From Macrostomum lignano (Eukaryota), in contig NIVC01002545.1 of NCBI GenBank assembly GCA_002269645.1, positions 29,104 through 93,103 on the forward strand: a stretch of 64,000 nucleotides of DNA, in the 5' to 3' direction. Of the stretch, positions 24,650-36,546 are shown in pieces (positions within the stretch are counted from its first letter, which is position 1; every line of letters begins with the position of its first letter). The position numbers were made by a program, and so were the translations under genes. Below the pieces are notes generated by a model. That model saw nothing but the letters and a program-made list of their open reading frames with translations. It searched no databases and was not told the origin of the DNA.

Positions 24650-25170
24650 TTCTACGAATCTTAAAACCAACTTTAGTGAGCTATATAACGAAACGAAAAG
24701 TATTTAAATAAGGAATTATAAAACATCTAAACTGTATGAACTTGATCGAGAGCAATTTTTCTAATAGGCCCTAGGTAATTTAAAAGTGAGTCAGTGAGTC
24801 AGGTTGATGGTTGTTTCGTCTGCTGCTGCTGCTGCCAGTTCGTTCGTCTACAAAAATATGATGCTGTCATTTTGTCTGCCACAGAATATTAAGACTAAGT
24901 AAGACGCCAAGTACATGTAATATTTAAAACAAATATCTGTATATCTCAAAAAGTACTTATAGTGAAGGTAACAAACTCATTAGGGGCCTACGTTAGAAGC
25001 ACGAGTGTATCTAAAAATATTGATTTTTCCCAAACAATGCTGGTCGACCCAAACGTCGACCTGTAGTACGGCTTGTTAAGTATTTGTATCATTTTATGGT
25101 AGGCCTATACGAATCAAAACTGAAAAGGGAATAACATGTAAGCTTTTAGGAGTCTGGCGAAACGGATTTG
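24650..25170. promoter_or_regulatory. CpG-retaining island, probable Rap1 promoter and 5' UTR exon (donor AA|GTAAGA at 24899)
   Basis: More than a dozen CpGs in 0.5 kb between CpG-poor flanks, two TGAGTCA (AP-1-like) sites near 24787-24797, a good donor, and a matching acceptor at 28708-09 upstream of the Rap1 ATG. Confidence 0.5.
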
Positions 25171-25779
25171 ATTGGTATTGTATTGGTATACATAATTAAG
25201 AATAAGATGGGTAGCAACAGCATGGTACACAGGGTGTTGTCTAAGTTTTCATATTGGTTGTGGAGAAGAGTAGGCCTATTTATTTATGAGTAAATTTTCT
25301 TGATAGCTAGCAGGTCTTTTGTTGCCATTTTGTTAACAATCTTGAGATCAATGCAAGTTGCTATGGGTCTAGGTCCCTAGATTTCATTCACAACCATAGC
25401 ATAATACCATGTTAGGGCCTATATATAACTAGTGTGACTAGGGAATTGAATAATCTACTAATGAGTGCTCATGCATGGTGTCTAGCCATTGGCATTGCTT
25501 TGCATAAAGACAAAAAACATGCATTTTCATAGACCTATAGGCTATATTCTTGATTAGGCCTAGGTTCATAGGCCTAGGCCTATCCTATCTTTTTTGATGT
25601 CTTAGTTAGCTAATACATAGGCCTACTAGAGTGTAGGTTAATATTACTTTCATTATTAATTTGATTTCATGGTCAATAAAACCAATAAACAAAGATTCCT
25701 TTCATTGTTAAATTTATTAATAATATTATATAAGTTAAAGCAAAGCATTGGTCAATTGTGTATAGTGTATTGGGCCTGA

Positions 25780-27450
25780 CTGTGGTTCTATTTGAAGTCA
25801 AACTAGTATTTAGAGATGAGGTTGTTCAAATAGGCAAGGTCATGGCAGGTTTTAATGAGTAAGCAGAGGGATTTAGGCCCTATCTAGAATGGGTTAAACA
25901 TAGAAGCCTCTATAGTTGTTTGAGTCAGAGGTATAGCCTTTGTTTTTGTAAATAAGATATAGGATGTTAGTTAGTAATCTAGTTGGTAAAGATTTCTTTA
26001 TTGACGATCTTACTAAATAGTTGGCATAGTGCTTCTAATAAGTCTTCTCCAAGATAGAGCAATGTTTTAGCATATTTTGTCTTTGCTAGGTGCCTTGTTG
26101 GCTTTAAGTTTTTTAATATGTTTCTCAACTTCATCTAGAATAAAAAGAGAGTTAAAGACATCTAGATTTAGGAGCATATTGCTATCAAGATGGAAGTTGT
26201 AGGTATTTTAAATATCTTTGTTCTATTAAGTTGATAGGTTCTAAAAGTATGATTTGAAGTTTCTATCAATGTGTATGCTATTAGAGTATAGAGTTTTCTT
26301 GACTAATAGGCTTTATTAGATTCCATAGTTACTTTGCTTCATTTTTAATAAAAGCTTGGTTTATTAGGTTTTTCTTGCTTAGTACAGCTTTGTGTTTCCA
26401 TTGTATAATGCTTTTTCATAAGATTTCCTTAGGTCCCTCTTTGTTTAGGTAGCTATCAATTGTATAAAGTTTGAACATTTTTGTAAAGTTCTTTGATTTG
26501 TAACGTCTAGCAATATCTAGCAATTTTAGTAAGTCTCTATTGGAATAAGTGTAACAAACCTGCAGGCAGATGTGCAACATGGGGTCTAAAAGTATGGTTA
26601 AAAATGTGACAACATAGGACATGTTAATTTTTGCTCTAAATACATACATGTGTAGTACTAATTAGATAATAAAGCATTTAGCCTTCACAAGACAGTCATA
26701 GTTACTTCTGCTGTTTACCCAAAACCTGCATCATGCCATGACCATTTGCCTTGACTCCAAACTACAATGCAGCACTGGAAAATTCTAAAATTGTGATTGA
26801 CAATCAAACACCTTTTGTCCATTTATTCCAATAGGGTAGTAGGTTTTTCTTTTTTATGCCCAGGGTTGATGTTTCGGTTTTTATTCACATTTAAGCTGAT
26901 TTTTTAAAGTATAGATTTAAAAGAAAGGAGAGTTTTTACTGTACTATAACCATCTCATACCTTTTTGTGGGTTTAACATTGAATCAAGATTTGATTTGTC
27001 ATTTATTGGGAAAAGTCAATAGTTTCTTGTATATGGAGTTCCACTCTTATATGCTATCTTTAAGTTTGATTTGCTTGCTGTATGTCACACTGAGCTCTTC
27101 AATAATTTTGGCTTTAAACTCTTTGTCTTTTGGTTAGGTTGCATTCCAGTTTAACTTTGGCAAACTTATCTTTTTCCCTGAGGTTGTGCAGGTTGTTGAA
27201 GATCTTGACTTTTGCAGACTCCTTGGCTAGGGAGATGACCTGTAAGTTGATGACCTGTAGTTGTGGCCATCCAACTTGGTAAGTTTTACTAATAGGAACT
27301 TGATCAGCTGACACTTGCAGCCCTTCTTTGAGGAGGTCTACCACAGCTACTACATTGTTGTCTTTTTTAGGTATGTTAAAGCAAATCAGGTTGTTTCTTT
27401 TTTCAATTCTCTCTTTAATCTCCTGAAATACTACAGCACTTCAGCATTCA
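25780..27450 (-). mobile_element. Highly decayed non-LTR retrotransposon (LINE) with ORF1-like and ORF2 fragments
   Basis: Minus-strand translation gives IKERIEKRNNLICFNIP (ORF1-type motif, ~27370-27420), EVEKHIKKLKANKAPSKDKI (~26075-26135) and IYKNKGYTSDSNNYRG (~25905-25955), all RT-proximal or ORF1 motifs, with many stops. Confidence 0.8.
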
Positions 27451-28766
27451 GCAACTGGCATTGAGTTTGTTATGCTCAGAGATGGTGGTTTTGAATAGTA
27501 CCACAATTACTTAGTGAGCATCTAAGGTCCAAGACTAGGCAGTAATGTTGTAAAGATCTAAGGCTTAGTTGGTTGTCTTTTTTTCTGTCGTTGACCTTGG
27601 TCTTTGTTTGTCTTTTTATTATAAAAACAACTTGCATGCAAAGAAGAAAGGCCTAAATAGCAGATCAGTTAAACAAATAAGTTATATTTTAGTTAGTTAA
27701 AAATGTGCAGGTGATTTATTATTTATTTATAATTTATAAATGCATTCACATTCAAATAAATTTGCAATTTAAGCTTGTAATTGTAACTCTTTTGTAAGGC
27801 ACTAAAGAGCATGCTAGGTTTATAAAAATGCTAGGTACTAGCCCAAATGGCCCAAGAGTTTTACTTATCTTAGCTAGTCAGTCTTAACTTAATCCTATTT
27901 AATAAAATGTGTAACAGAATAATAAAATAATTTCAAAAAACCAAAAGTCAAGTTTTTGCCTTTTTAAATGATTTTTTGGCTTATTTAGAACATATCAAGT
28001 GTATTGTATAAACTAGACTATATCATAGTCTATAGTAGGTACGCCTATAAAATTAATATAGGGCATAGAATTCTAATTTTCTAGGGTCTAAACTGCATTA
28101 ACAAAAAGCTTTATGTATACCAATACAATAGACAGCTATAAAAAAGTCAAGACATATTGAAAGACAAACACCAGGTCTCCCTTTTAGCTTTTATCAATAT
28201 CAATATAAATATTGGCATTGCCAATCATTTTTGTGTTGAAAAAAATTAAAACCTTTTTCTATCTATGTAAAACCTGCTTCTTTAGTTTTTGAAGAAAATT
28301 ACCAGAGAGAAGTAGGCCTAGCTAAGCTTGCTATATACCTGTACTATACTTTTACTTAAATAGAGCTAGGGGCCATAGGGCCTAGGCCCCAGCCTAGTCC
28401 TTAAGCCTAGTATTTAAGTTAAGGTTAAGTTTTTGGATCCTGCTGAAAAGTTTTGACTAGGCCTACTTTTATTTTATCCTAGTTTATTAATAGGCCTACC
28501 TGCCTAGGCCTAATTATAAGATGTCAATAAATATTAAAAAACTGAAAAGTTAGGCCTATATTAGAGTTGTTAGACCTAGCTAGGTCTAGACTCTGGGCAT
28601 AGAAAATGCTCAAGTAAATTGTATATTTGTTATCACAAGTTGGTACTTTTACTAAGGATATTCTATATATAGTTTGTATTTACTAATCAAAATATGCTTC
28701 TTTTTGCAGACCCAAAAACAAAACTATTGATATTAATATCAAGGGTGACTGTGTGCTCTAGCCATC

Positions 28767-30622
28767 ATGCGAGAATACAAATTAGTAGTCCTTGGCTCTG
28801 GTGGTGTTGGCAAATCTGCTCTCACTGTCCAGTTTGTGCAGGGAATTTTTGTTGAAAAATATGACCCAACAATTGAGGATAGCTATAGGAAACAGGTGGA
28901 GATTGACTCCAGCCAGTGCATGCTAGAGATTCTTGACACTGCCGGTACAGAGCAATTCACTGCAATGCGAGACTTGTATATGAAGAATGGCCAAGGCTTT
29001 CTATTGGTCTATTCGATCACTTCACAGTCCAGTTTTAATGATCTTGCTGAGTTAAGAGAGCAGATTCTGCGAGTAAAGGATAGCGATAATGTGAGTTTAC
29101 ACTTGGCCTCTGTGTTCTCAGTTATTTGTCTTCGTGTTTCACCCTACTAGGTTCTTTAAGAAGCTTGTCTGTCACTCTCTCAGATTCTCTGGCTTTGTCT
29201 GTCACTCTCTCAGATTCTCTGATTTTGTCTGTCACTCTCTCAGTTTCTCTGATTTCGTCTGTCACTCTCTCAGATTCTCTGATTTTGTCTGTCACTCTCT
29301 CAGTTTCTCTGATTTTGTCTGTCACTCTCTCAGATTCTCTGATTTTGTCTGTCACTCTCTCAGATTCTCTGATTTCGTCTGTCACTCTCTCAGATTCTCT
29401 GGCCTTGTCTGTCACTCTCTCAGATTCTCTGATTTTGTCTGTCACTCTCTCAGATTCTCTGGCCTTGTCTGTCACTCTCTCAGATTCTCTGGCCTTGTCT
29501 GTCACTCTCTCAGATTCTTTGGCCTTGTCTGTCACTCTCTCAGATTCTTTGGCCTTGTCTGTCACTCTCTCAGATTCTCTGATTTTGTCTGTCACTCTCT
29601 CAGATTCTCTGATTTTGTCTGTCACTCTCTCAGATTCTCTGGCCTTGTCTGTCACTCTCTCAGATTCTCTGGCCTTGTCTGTCACTCTCTTAGATTCTTT
29701 GGCCTTGTCTGTCACCCTCTTAATTTTATTTTCACTGACCATACTGTTCCTTCAAACCTACAGGTGCCAATCATAGTGGTTGGCAACAAGTGCGACTTAG
29801 AGGACGAGCGAACTGTCGGCAAGGAGCGGGGCCACAGCTTGGCCAGGCAGTGGAACTGCGCCTTCCTTGAGACTTCAGCCAAGGCCAAGCTCAATGTGCA
29901 GGAGGTGGGCCAATACCGATACTAGGGTAGACACTTTCAGATCCCCAGTTGCTAGGCCAGCCTCCCAGATCCTCAGTTGCAGGGCCAGACTCGCAGATCC
30001 TCAGTTGCTGGGCCAGCCTCCCAGATCCTCAGTTGCTGGGCCAGCCTCCCAGAGTGTCAGTTGCTGGGCCAGCCTCCCAGATCCTCAGTTGCTGGGCCAG
30101 CCTCCCAGATCCTCAGTTGCTGGGCCAGCCTCCCAGAGTGTCAGTTGCTGTGCCAGCCTCCCAGATCCTCAGTTGCTGGGCCAGCCTCCCAGATCCTCAG
30201 TTGCTGGGCCAGCCTCCCAGAGTGTCAGTTGCTGTGCCAGCCTCCCAGAGTGTCTGCTGCTGGGCCAGCCTCCCAGATCCTCAGTTGCTGGGCCAGCCTC
30301 CCAGATCCTCAGTTGCTGGGCCAGCCTCCCAGAGTGTCAGTTGCTGGGCCAGCCTCCCAGAGTGTCAGTTGCTGGGCCAGCCTCCCAGAGTGTCAGTTGC
30401 TGGGCCAGCCTCCCAGATCCTCAGTTGCTGGGCCAGCCTCCCAGAGTGTCAGTTGCTGGGCCAGCCTCCCAGATCCTCAGTTGCTGGGCCACCGCTACCC
30501 TCCCGCAGGTATTTTTCGACCTGGTCCACCAGATCAATTCGAACTCATCAGCTGACTCCGGCAAGAAACGAAAGGCCGGTGGCGGCAGCGGCGGAGGCTC
30601 GTCGAAGTGTTCGGCCTTGTGA
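28767..30622 (+). CDS. RAP1: Ras-related GTPase Rap1, 192 aa; exons 28767-29090, 29764-29904, 30509-30622
   Basis: [58 protein letters not shown]-terminal CAAX CSAL; both introns are phase 0 GT-AG. Confidence 0.97.
29165..29720. repeat. 30-bp minisatellite (CTGTCACTCTCTCAGATTCTCTGATTTTGT) in a Rap1 intron
   Basis: About 18 tandem units. Confidence 0.95.
29940..30490 (+). repeat. 28-bp minisatellite of the same family as 1138-3795, in a Rap1 intron
   Basis: Identical unit and the same AGTGTCAG and AGTGTCTG variants. Confidence 0.95.
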
Positions 30623-31305
30623 CGGATTTTTTCATTTTTACACAAATATTTTATACTTTTACTTGGAGCCTGAGAAATCTCTTGTGAACAGTAAGTAGTA
30701 TGCGACGCGTTTGTTTAGAAAAGTTTACTAATCACGTTTTTTGCTGCAGTGGGTTTTTATAAGAAACAGTTTTTTTGTTGGTCATGATTCATATCTGCAT
30801 AAATAATGATAGCGTCTTTCAAGGCATTAAGGTGAAAGGCATCTCCCATTGTTGAGGCAACTGATATATAATTAATATTTTGCTCACTAAAGTCAGCATT
30901 CTGATTTACATACTGATTTATTGATTCCAGTTTGTTTATAATTCTATAATCAGGCTTTGTGTTTGCAAGACTGCTAATGTTAATGCAATACTACTTCACA
31001 AGAACTAGGGTTTTTATTTAGTTTTTGCGGCATTATTGACTGATAGTTTTTGTTATATAGACTAGAAAATTATTCACAATAAATAATTATGTAATATGAA
31101 TCCGGTGTTTTGTTTGTCAGCTTTTTTCGTACTTGTATTGTTTTAATCTCAGAAATATTGCAATAAGTCAAATATAAAGTTATTACAATAGTGCACGTTG
31201 TGTGTGTTTACCATTATAATTAAACTTTTTTGTTGTTAAAAGCCTTTTTATTTTTTGAAAACAGCTTTTCTGTTTGTTTGGGGTCATTGGACATTTAGTT
31301 TATGG

Positions 31306-32186
31306 CCACTGGATAATCTAGTTCAAAGCCATTCGATAATCTAGTTCAAAGCCACTGGATAATCTAGTTCAAAGCCACTGGATAATCTAGTTCAAAGCCA
31401 CTGGATAATCTAGTTCAAAGCCATTCGATAATCTAGTTCAAAGCCACTGGATAATCTAGTTCAAAGCCATTGGATAATCTAGTTCAAAGCCACTGGATAA
31501 TCTAGTTCAAAGCCACTGGATAATCTAGTTCAAAGCCACTGGATAATCTAGTTCAAAGCCACTGGATAATCTAGTTCAAAGCCATTCGATAATCTAGTTC
31601 AAAGCCACTGGATAATCTAGTTCAAAGCCACTGGATAATCTAGTTCAAAGCCACTGGATAATCTAGTTCAAAGCCATTCGATAATCTAGTTCAAAGCCAC
31701 TGGATAATCTAGTTCAAAGCCATTGGATAATCTAGTTCAAAGCCACTGGATAATCTAGTTCAAAGCCATTCGATAATCTAGTTCAAAGCCACTGGATAAT
31801 CTAGTTCAAAGCCACTGGATAATCTAGTTCAAAGCCATTCGATAATCTAGTTCAAAGCCACTGGATAATCTAGTTCAAAGCCACTGGATAATCTAGTTCA
31901 AAGCCACTGGATAATCTAGTTCAAAGCCACTGGATAATCTAGTTCAAAGCCACTGGATAATCTAGTTCAAAGCCACTGGATAATCTAGTTCAAAGCCATT
32001 CGATAATCTAGTTCAAAGCCACTGGATAATCTAGTTCAAAGCCACTGGATAATCTAGTTCAAAGCCATTCGATAATCTAGTTCAAAGCCACTGGATAATC
32101 TAGTTCAAAGCCATTCGATAATCTAGTTCAAAGCCACTGGATAATCTAGTTCAAAGCCACTGGATAATCTAGTTCAAAGCCACTGG
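31306..32186. repeat. 23-bp minisatellite (GCCACTGGATAATCTAGTTCAAA)
   Basis: About 38 near-perfect units with a CATTCG variant. Confidence 0.96.
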
Positions 32187-32613
32187 AATTCGCAGCAGCA
32201 GAGGCGACCAGCCTTGATGTACTTACATGTAAATGTGTACAGCATACGGGGCATGTCACGCTAAGAACGCGTGCCCGAACATGATTCATACTAATTATTT
32301 AATCACTCAGAAGAAAGCAGGAGTATTAGAGGGACAGACAGAGAGAGAGGGACAGCAGTGGACGTACTGCTGCTGCTACTAATTAAGTAAAGTGACCGCC
32401 CAGGTTTGTCTCACGTTTGGGACCGCGGTACGCTATGCTGAGCTAGGGACGGGTGGACAGCGGATTAGCTAGTAGAGCAGGGTTTGGAGATCGAGCCGTG
32501 CACCGATTGGATAAGAGATGGGACTGTTTTTGGATATTTCTGAGCTGCAAAAGGGGGATATTTAGGGAAGAGGCGCAAGACGCTATGACACACGGCAGTC
32601 GCTGTTAGCCAGG

Positions 32614-33057
32614 ATGAGCGGTGTCTCCAGTGCCAGACTGGACCAGCAGCTGCCCGCAACAGCGCAAAACAGCGTCAATCGAGCATCAGCTCCACGCGTA
32701 GTTACCTTAGTCATTGATGAGGACAGCCAGGCGGTGAGAGCGAACCGGGCGGAAGAGGAAGCTGCAGACAGCAGTTTTAGAAGACGCGATACTCCGGCAC
32801 CTTCGAAAGACGATCGGATTTTGATTGAAGAGGATCAAGAGGAAGTTGATGAAGCTGAGCAGGATTCAGAAAATCCAGGCGACACCAGTAGCGGGGATAG
32901 CGAAGCTCTTGACGATGAAGATTCGGATGCTGGAGACGATGAAGCTACGGTTGAGGAGCAGGCGGCGGTGGCAGCGGCAGAGCCTGCAGCTCAGCAGCCG
33001 CCTCCGCAATCCACAGTGTCGGTGGGCACCATCGGCAGGCTGGTTCGGACTATACAG
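32614..33057 (+). CDS. Probable first coding exon of an unknown protein with an acidic low-complexity N-terminus
   Basis: ATG at 32614, E/D/A-rich open frame, donor CAG|GTGAGA at 33057/33058; downstream exons are uncertain. Confidence 0.55.
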
Positions 33058-33139
33058 GTGAGAGATGCAGCTGGGGCGGGTCTGGCTCTGGAGTTTGTAG
33101 GGCGAATTTATGGAAAACGAATCAATATAGGATATGAGT

Positions 33140-35175
33140 GATAGCACAGGAGTGATTAGCACAAGAGTGACTCTCTATAGCACAGAGTGACTCTATAGCA
33201 CAGGAGTGATTAGCACAGGAGTGACTCTATAGCACAGGAGTGATTAGCATAGGAGTGACTCTCTATAGCACAGAGTGACTCTATAGCACAGGAGTGACTA
33301 GCACAGGAGTGATTAGCACAGGAGTGACTCTCTATAGCACAGAGTGACTCTATAGCACAGGAGTGACTAGCACAGGAGTGACTCTATAGCACAGGAGTGA
33401 GTAGCACAGGAGTGCCTCTATAGCACAGGAGTGACTCTATAGAACAGGAGTGACTCTATAGAACAGGAGTGACTCTATAGCACAGGAGTGACTATAGCAC
33501 AGGAGTGACTCTATAGAACAGGAGTGACTCTATAGAACAGGAGTGACTCTATAGCACAGGAGTGATTAGCATAGGAGTGACTCTATAGCACAGGAGTGAC
33601 TCTATAGCACAGGAGTGACTAGCACAGGAATGACTCTATAGCACAGGAGTGAGTAGCACAGGAGTGCCTCTATAGCACAGGAGTGACTCTATAGAACAGG
33701 AGTGACTCTATAGAACAGGAGTGACTCTATAGCACAGGAGTGACTATAGCACAGGAGTGACTCTATAGCACAGGAGTGATTAGCATAGGAGTGACTCTAT
33801 AGCACAGGAGTGACTCTATAGCACAGGAGTGACTAGCACAGGAATGACTCTATAGCACAGGAGTGAGTAGCACAGGAGTGCCTCTATAGCACAGGAGTGA
33901 CTCTATAGAACAGGAGTGACTCTATAGAACAGGAGTGACTCTATAGCACAGGAGTGATTAGCATAGGAGTGACTCTATAGCACAGGAGTGACTCTATAGC
34001 ACAGGAGTGACTAGCACAGGAATGACTCTATAGCACAGGAGTGAGTAGCACAGGAGTGCCTCTATAGCACAGGAGTGACTCTATAGAACAGGAGTGACTC
34101 TATAGAACAGGAGTGACTCTATAGCACAGGAGTGACTATAGCACAGGAGTGAGTAGCACAGGAGTGCCTCTATAGCACAGGAGTGACTCTATAGCACAGG
34201 AGTGATTAGCATAGGAGTGACTCTATAGCACAGGAGTGACTCTATAGCACAGGAGTGAGTAGCACAGGAGTGACTCTATAGCACAGGAGTGACTCTATAG
34301 AACAGGAGTGACTAGCACAGGAGTGACTCTATAGCACAGGAGTGAGTAGCACAGGAGTGACTCTATAGCACAGGAGTGACTATAGCACAGGAGTGACTAG
34401 CACAGGAGTGACTCTATAGCCCATGAGTGAGTAGCACAGGAGTGACTCTATAGCACAGGAGTGACTCTATAGCACAGGAGTGACTATAGCACAGGAGTGA
34501 CTAGCACAGGAGTGACTCTATAGCACAGGAGTGACTCTATAGCACAGGAGTGACTATAGCACATGAGTGAGTAGCACAGGAGTGACTCTATAGCACAGGA
34601 GTGATTAGCACAGGAGTGACTCTATAGCACAGGAGTGACTAGCACAGGAGTGATTAGAATAGGAGTGACTCTATAGCATAGGAGTGACTCTATAGCACAG
34701 GAGTGACTCTATAGCACAGGAGTGATTAGCACAGGAGTGACTCTATAGCACAGGAGTGATTAGCATAGGAGTGACTCTATAGCACAGGAGTGACTCTATA
34801 GCACAGGAGTGACTAGCACAGGAGTGACTCTATAGCACAGGAGTGAGTAGCACAGGAGTGACTCTATAGCACAGGAGTGACTATAGCACAGGAGTGACTA
34901 GCACAGGAGTGACTCTATAGCCCAGGAGTGAGTAGCACAGGAGTGACTCTATAGCACAGGAGTGACTCTATAGCACAGGAGTGACTCTATAGCACAGGAG
35001 TGACTCTATAGCACAGGAGTGACTATAGCACAGGAGTGACTAGCACAGGAGTGACTCTATAGCACAGGAGTGACTATAGCACAGGAGTGACTAGCACAGG
35101 AGTGACTCTATAGCACAGGAGTGAGTAGCACAGGAGTGACTCTCTATAGCAGAGGAGTGACTCTCCATAGCTCAG
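33140..35175. repeat. 17-21-bp minisatellite (AGCACAGGAGTGACTCTAT) with variant units
   Basis: About 2 kb of tandem units. Confidence 0.95.
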
Positions 35176-36206
35176 GAATGAATCTATTTCACATGAGCGT
35201 GACTCTCTACTGTGTCTTGTACAATAAATGTGTAGGACATAAGTGAATCTCTATAGAATCTGAAGTCACTACCTTCAGCACATGATTTTAAAGAACTCAG
35301 GATTCGAGCAGCAGAGCTTCGAGTTATAGCTTACTTAGCAGGACTTAGCAGGCTCTTTTAGGTCGCACTCAGTATAGAATTATGTTAATAGTATTCTATA
35401 GTACGAACTCAGAATGAGCGCATCGCATACGATTAATCCCATAACAAGCTGCGCCATTTTGAAGGTAATTAGGTGAACCAATCATCCGAGAGAAGGCGTA
35501 GTCGTTTGTTCTTGTTCGGGCTTCTTGGCGAGTTATTTTCTCGCTGTTAGCCACCGAGAAAAATTGAGAGATTTGGGAAATCATTATTTGTAATCGCTAG
35601 ATTTACCTGCCCTGAAGCAGATCTCCCAGTCCTTAAGTAGATTTACCTGTCCTGAAGTAGATTTACCTGTTCTGAAGTAGATTTACCTATCCTGAAGTAG
35701 ATTTACCTGTCCTGAAGTAGATTTACCTGTCCTGAAGTAGATTTACCTGTTCTGAAGTAGATTTACCTATCCTGAAGTAGATTTACCTTTCCTGAAGTAG
35801 ATTTACCTGTTCTGAAGTAGATTTACCTGTCCTGAAGTAGATTTACCTGTTCTGAAGTAGATTTACCTGTTCTGAAGTAGATTTACCTGTCCTGAAGTAG
35901 ATTTACCTATCCTGAAGTAGATTTACCTATCCTGAAGTAGATTTACCTATCCTGAAGTTGATTTTAAACTTTGCTGTAGTAGATTTACCTGTCCTGAAGT
36001 AGATCTCCCGGTTTCCAAGTAGATACCCCTGTCCTAAAGTAGATACCCCTGTCCTAAAGTAGATACCCCTGTCCTAAAGTAGATACCCCTGTCCTAAAGT
36101 AGATACCCCTGTCCTAAAGTAGATACCCCTGTCCTAAAGTAGATACCCCTGTCCTAAAGTAGATACCCCTGTCCTAAAGTAGATACCCCTGTCCTAAAGT
36201 AGATAC

Positions 36207-36520
36207 TGTAATATATTGAAGCTAAAGGCTTGTAGTGAATGCGTAGGAAAGTTGAACGTGGAGAGCCAGTACACACAACTGGGCTCTTATATGACTTGTT
36301 TATTCTTATTCATCAACCCTAGGACTAAAGAGGGTGGTTGGCCTGACTGCTCAGACCCCACCATGCTAGCCACGCGTAAAACGCAAACAACCCGACGCAG
36401 TGCACATGCACTGAAACACACTAGCCAATCAGCGCGCACGCAAATACTAACTAACTAAGAATGCACAAAGCATAATATTGCAATAATAAAAATACACTAG
36501 CATATCGCCACAATGTCACA
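36207..36520 (-). repeat. 3' LTR
   Basis: Direct repeat of 40546-40859, adjacent to the [13 protein letters not shown]. Confidence 0.97.
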
Positions 36521-36546
36521 CTTCCCCCCTGAGTCAGTTCTCCCCT

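Noticed and set aside
29122-29925. ORFs with [10 protein letters not shown] / ERVTDK repeats
   Set aside because: 30-bp minisatellite in a Rap1 intron.
31306-32186. CRISPR-like appearance of the 23-bp, 46-bp and 50-bp arrays
   Set aside because: Head-to-tail units with no unique spacers, no cas genes, and a eukaryotic context.
36216-36458. Duplicated 80-aa ORF (also at 40555-40797)
   Set aside because: Antisense frame inside the LTRs, with a TTG start and no domain.
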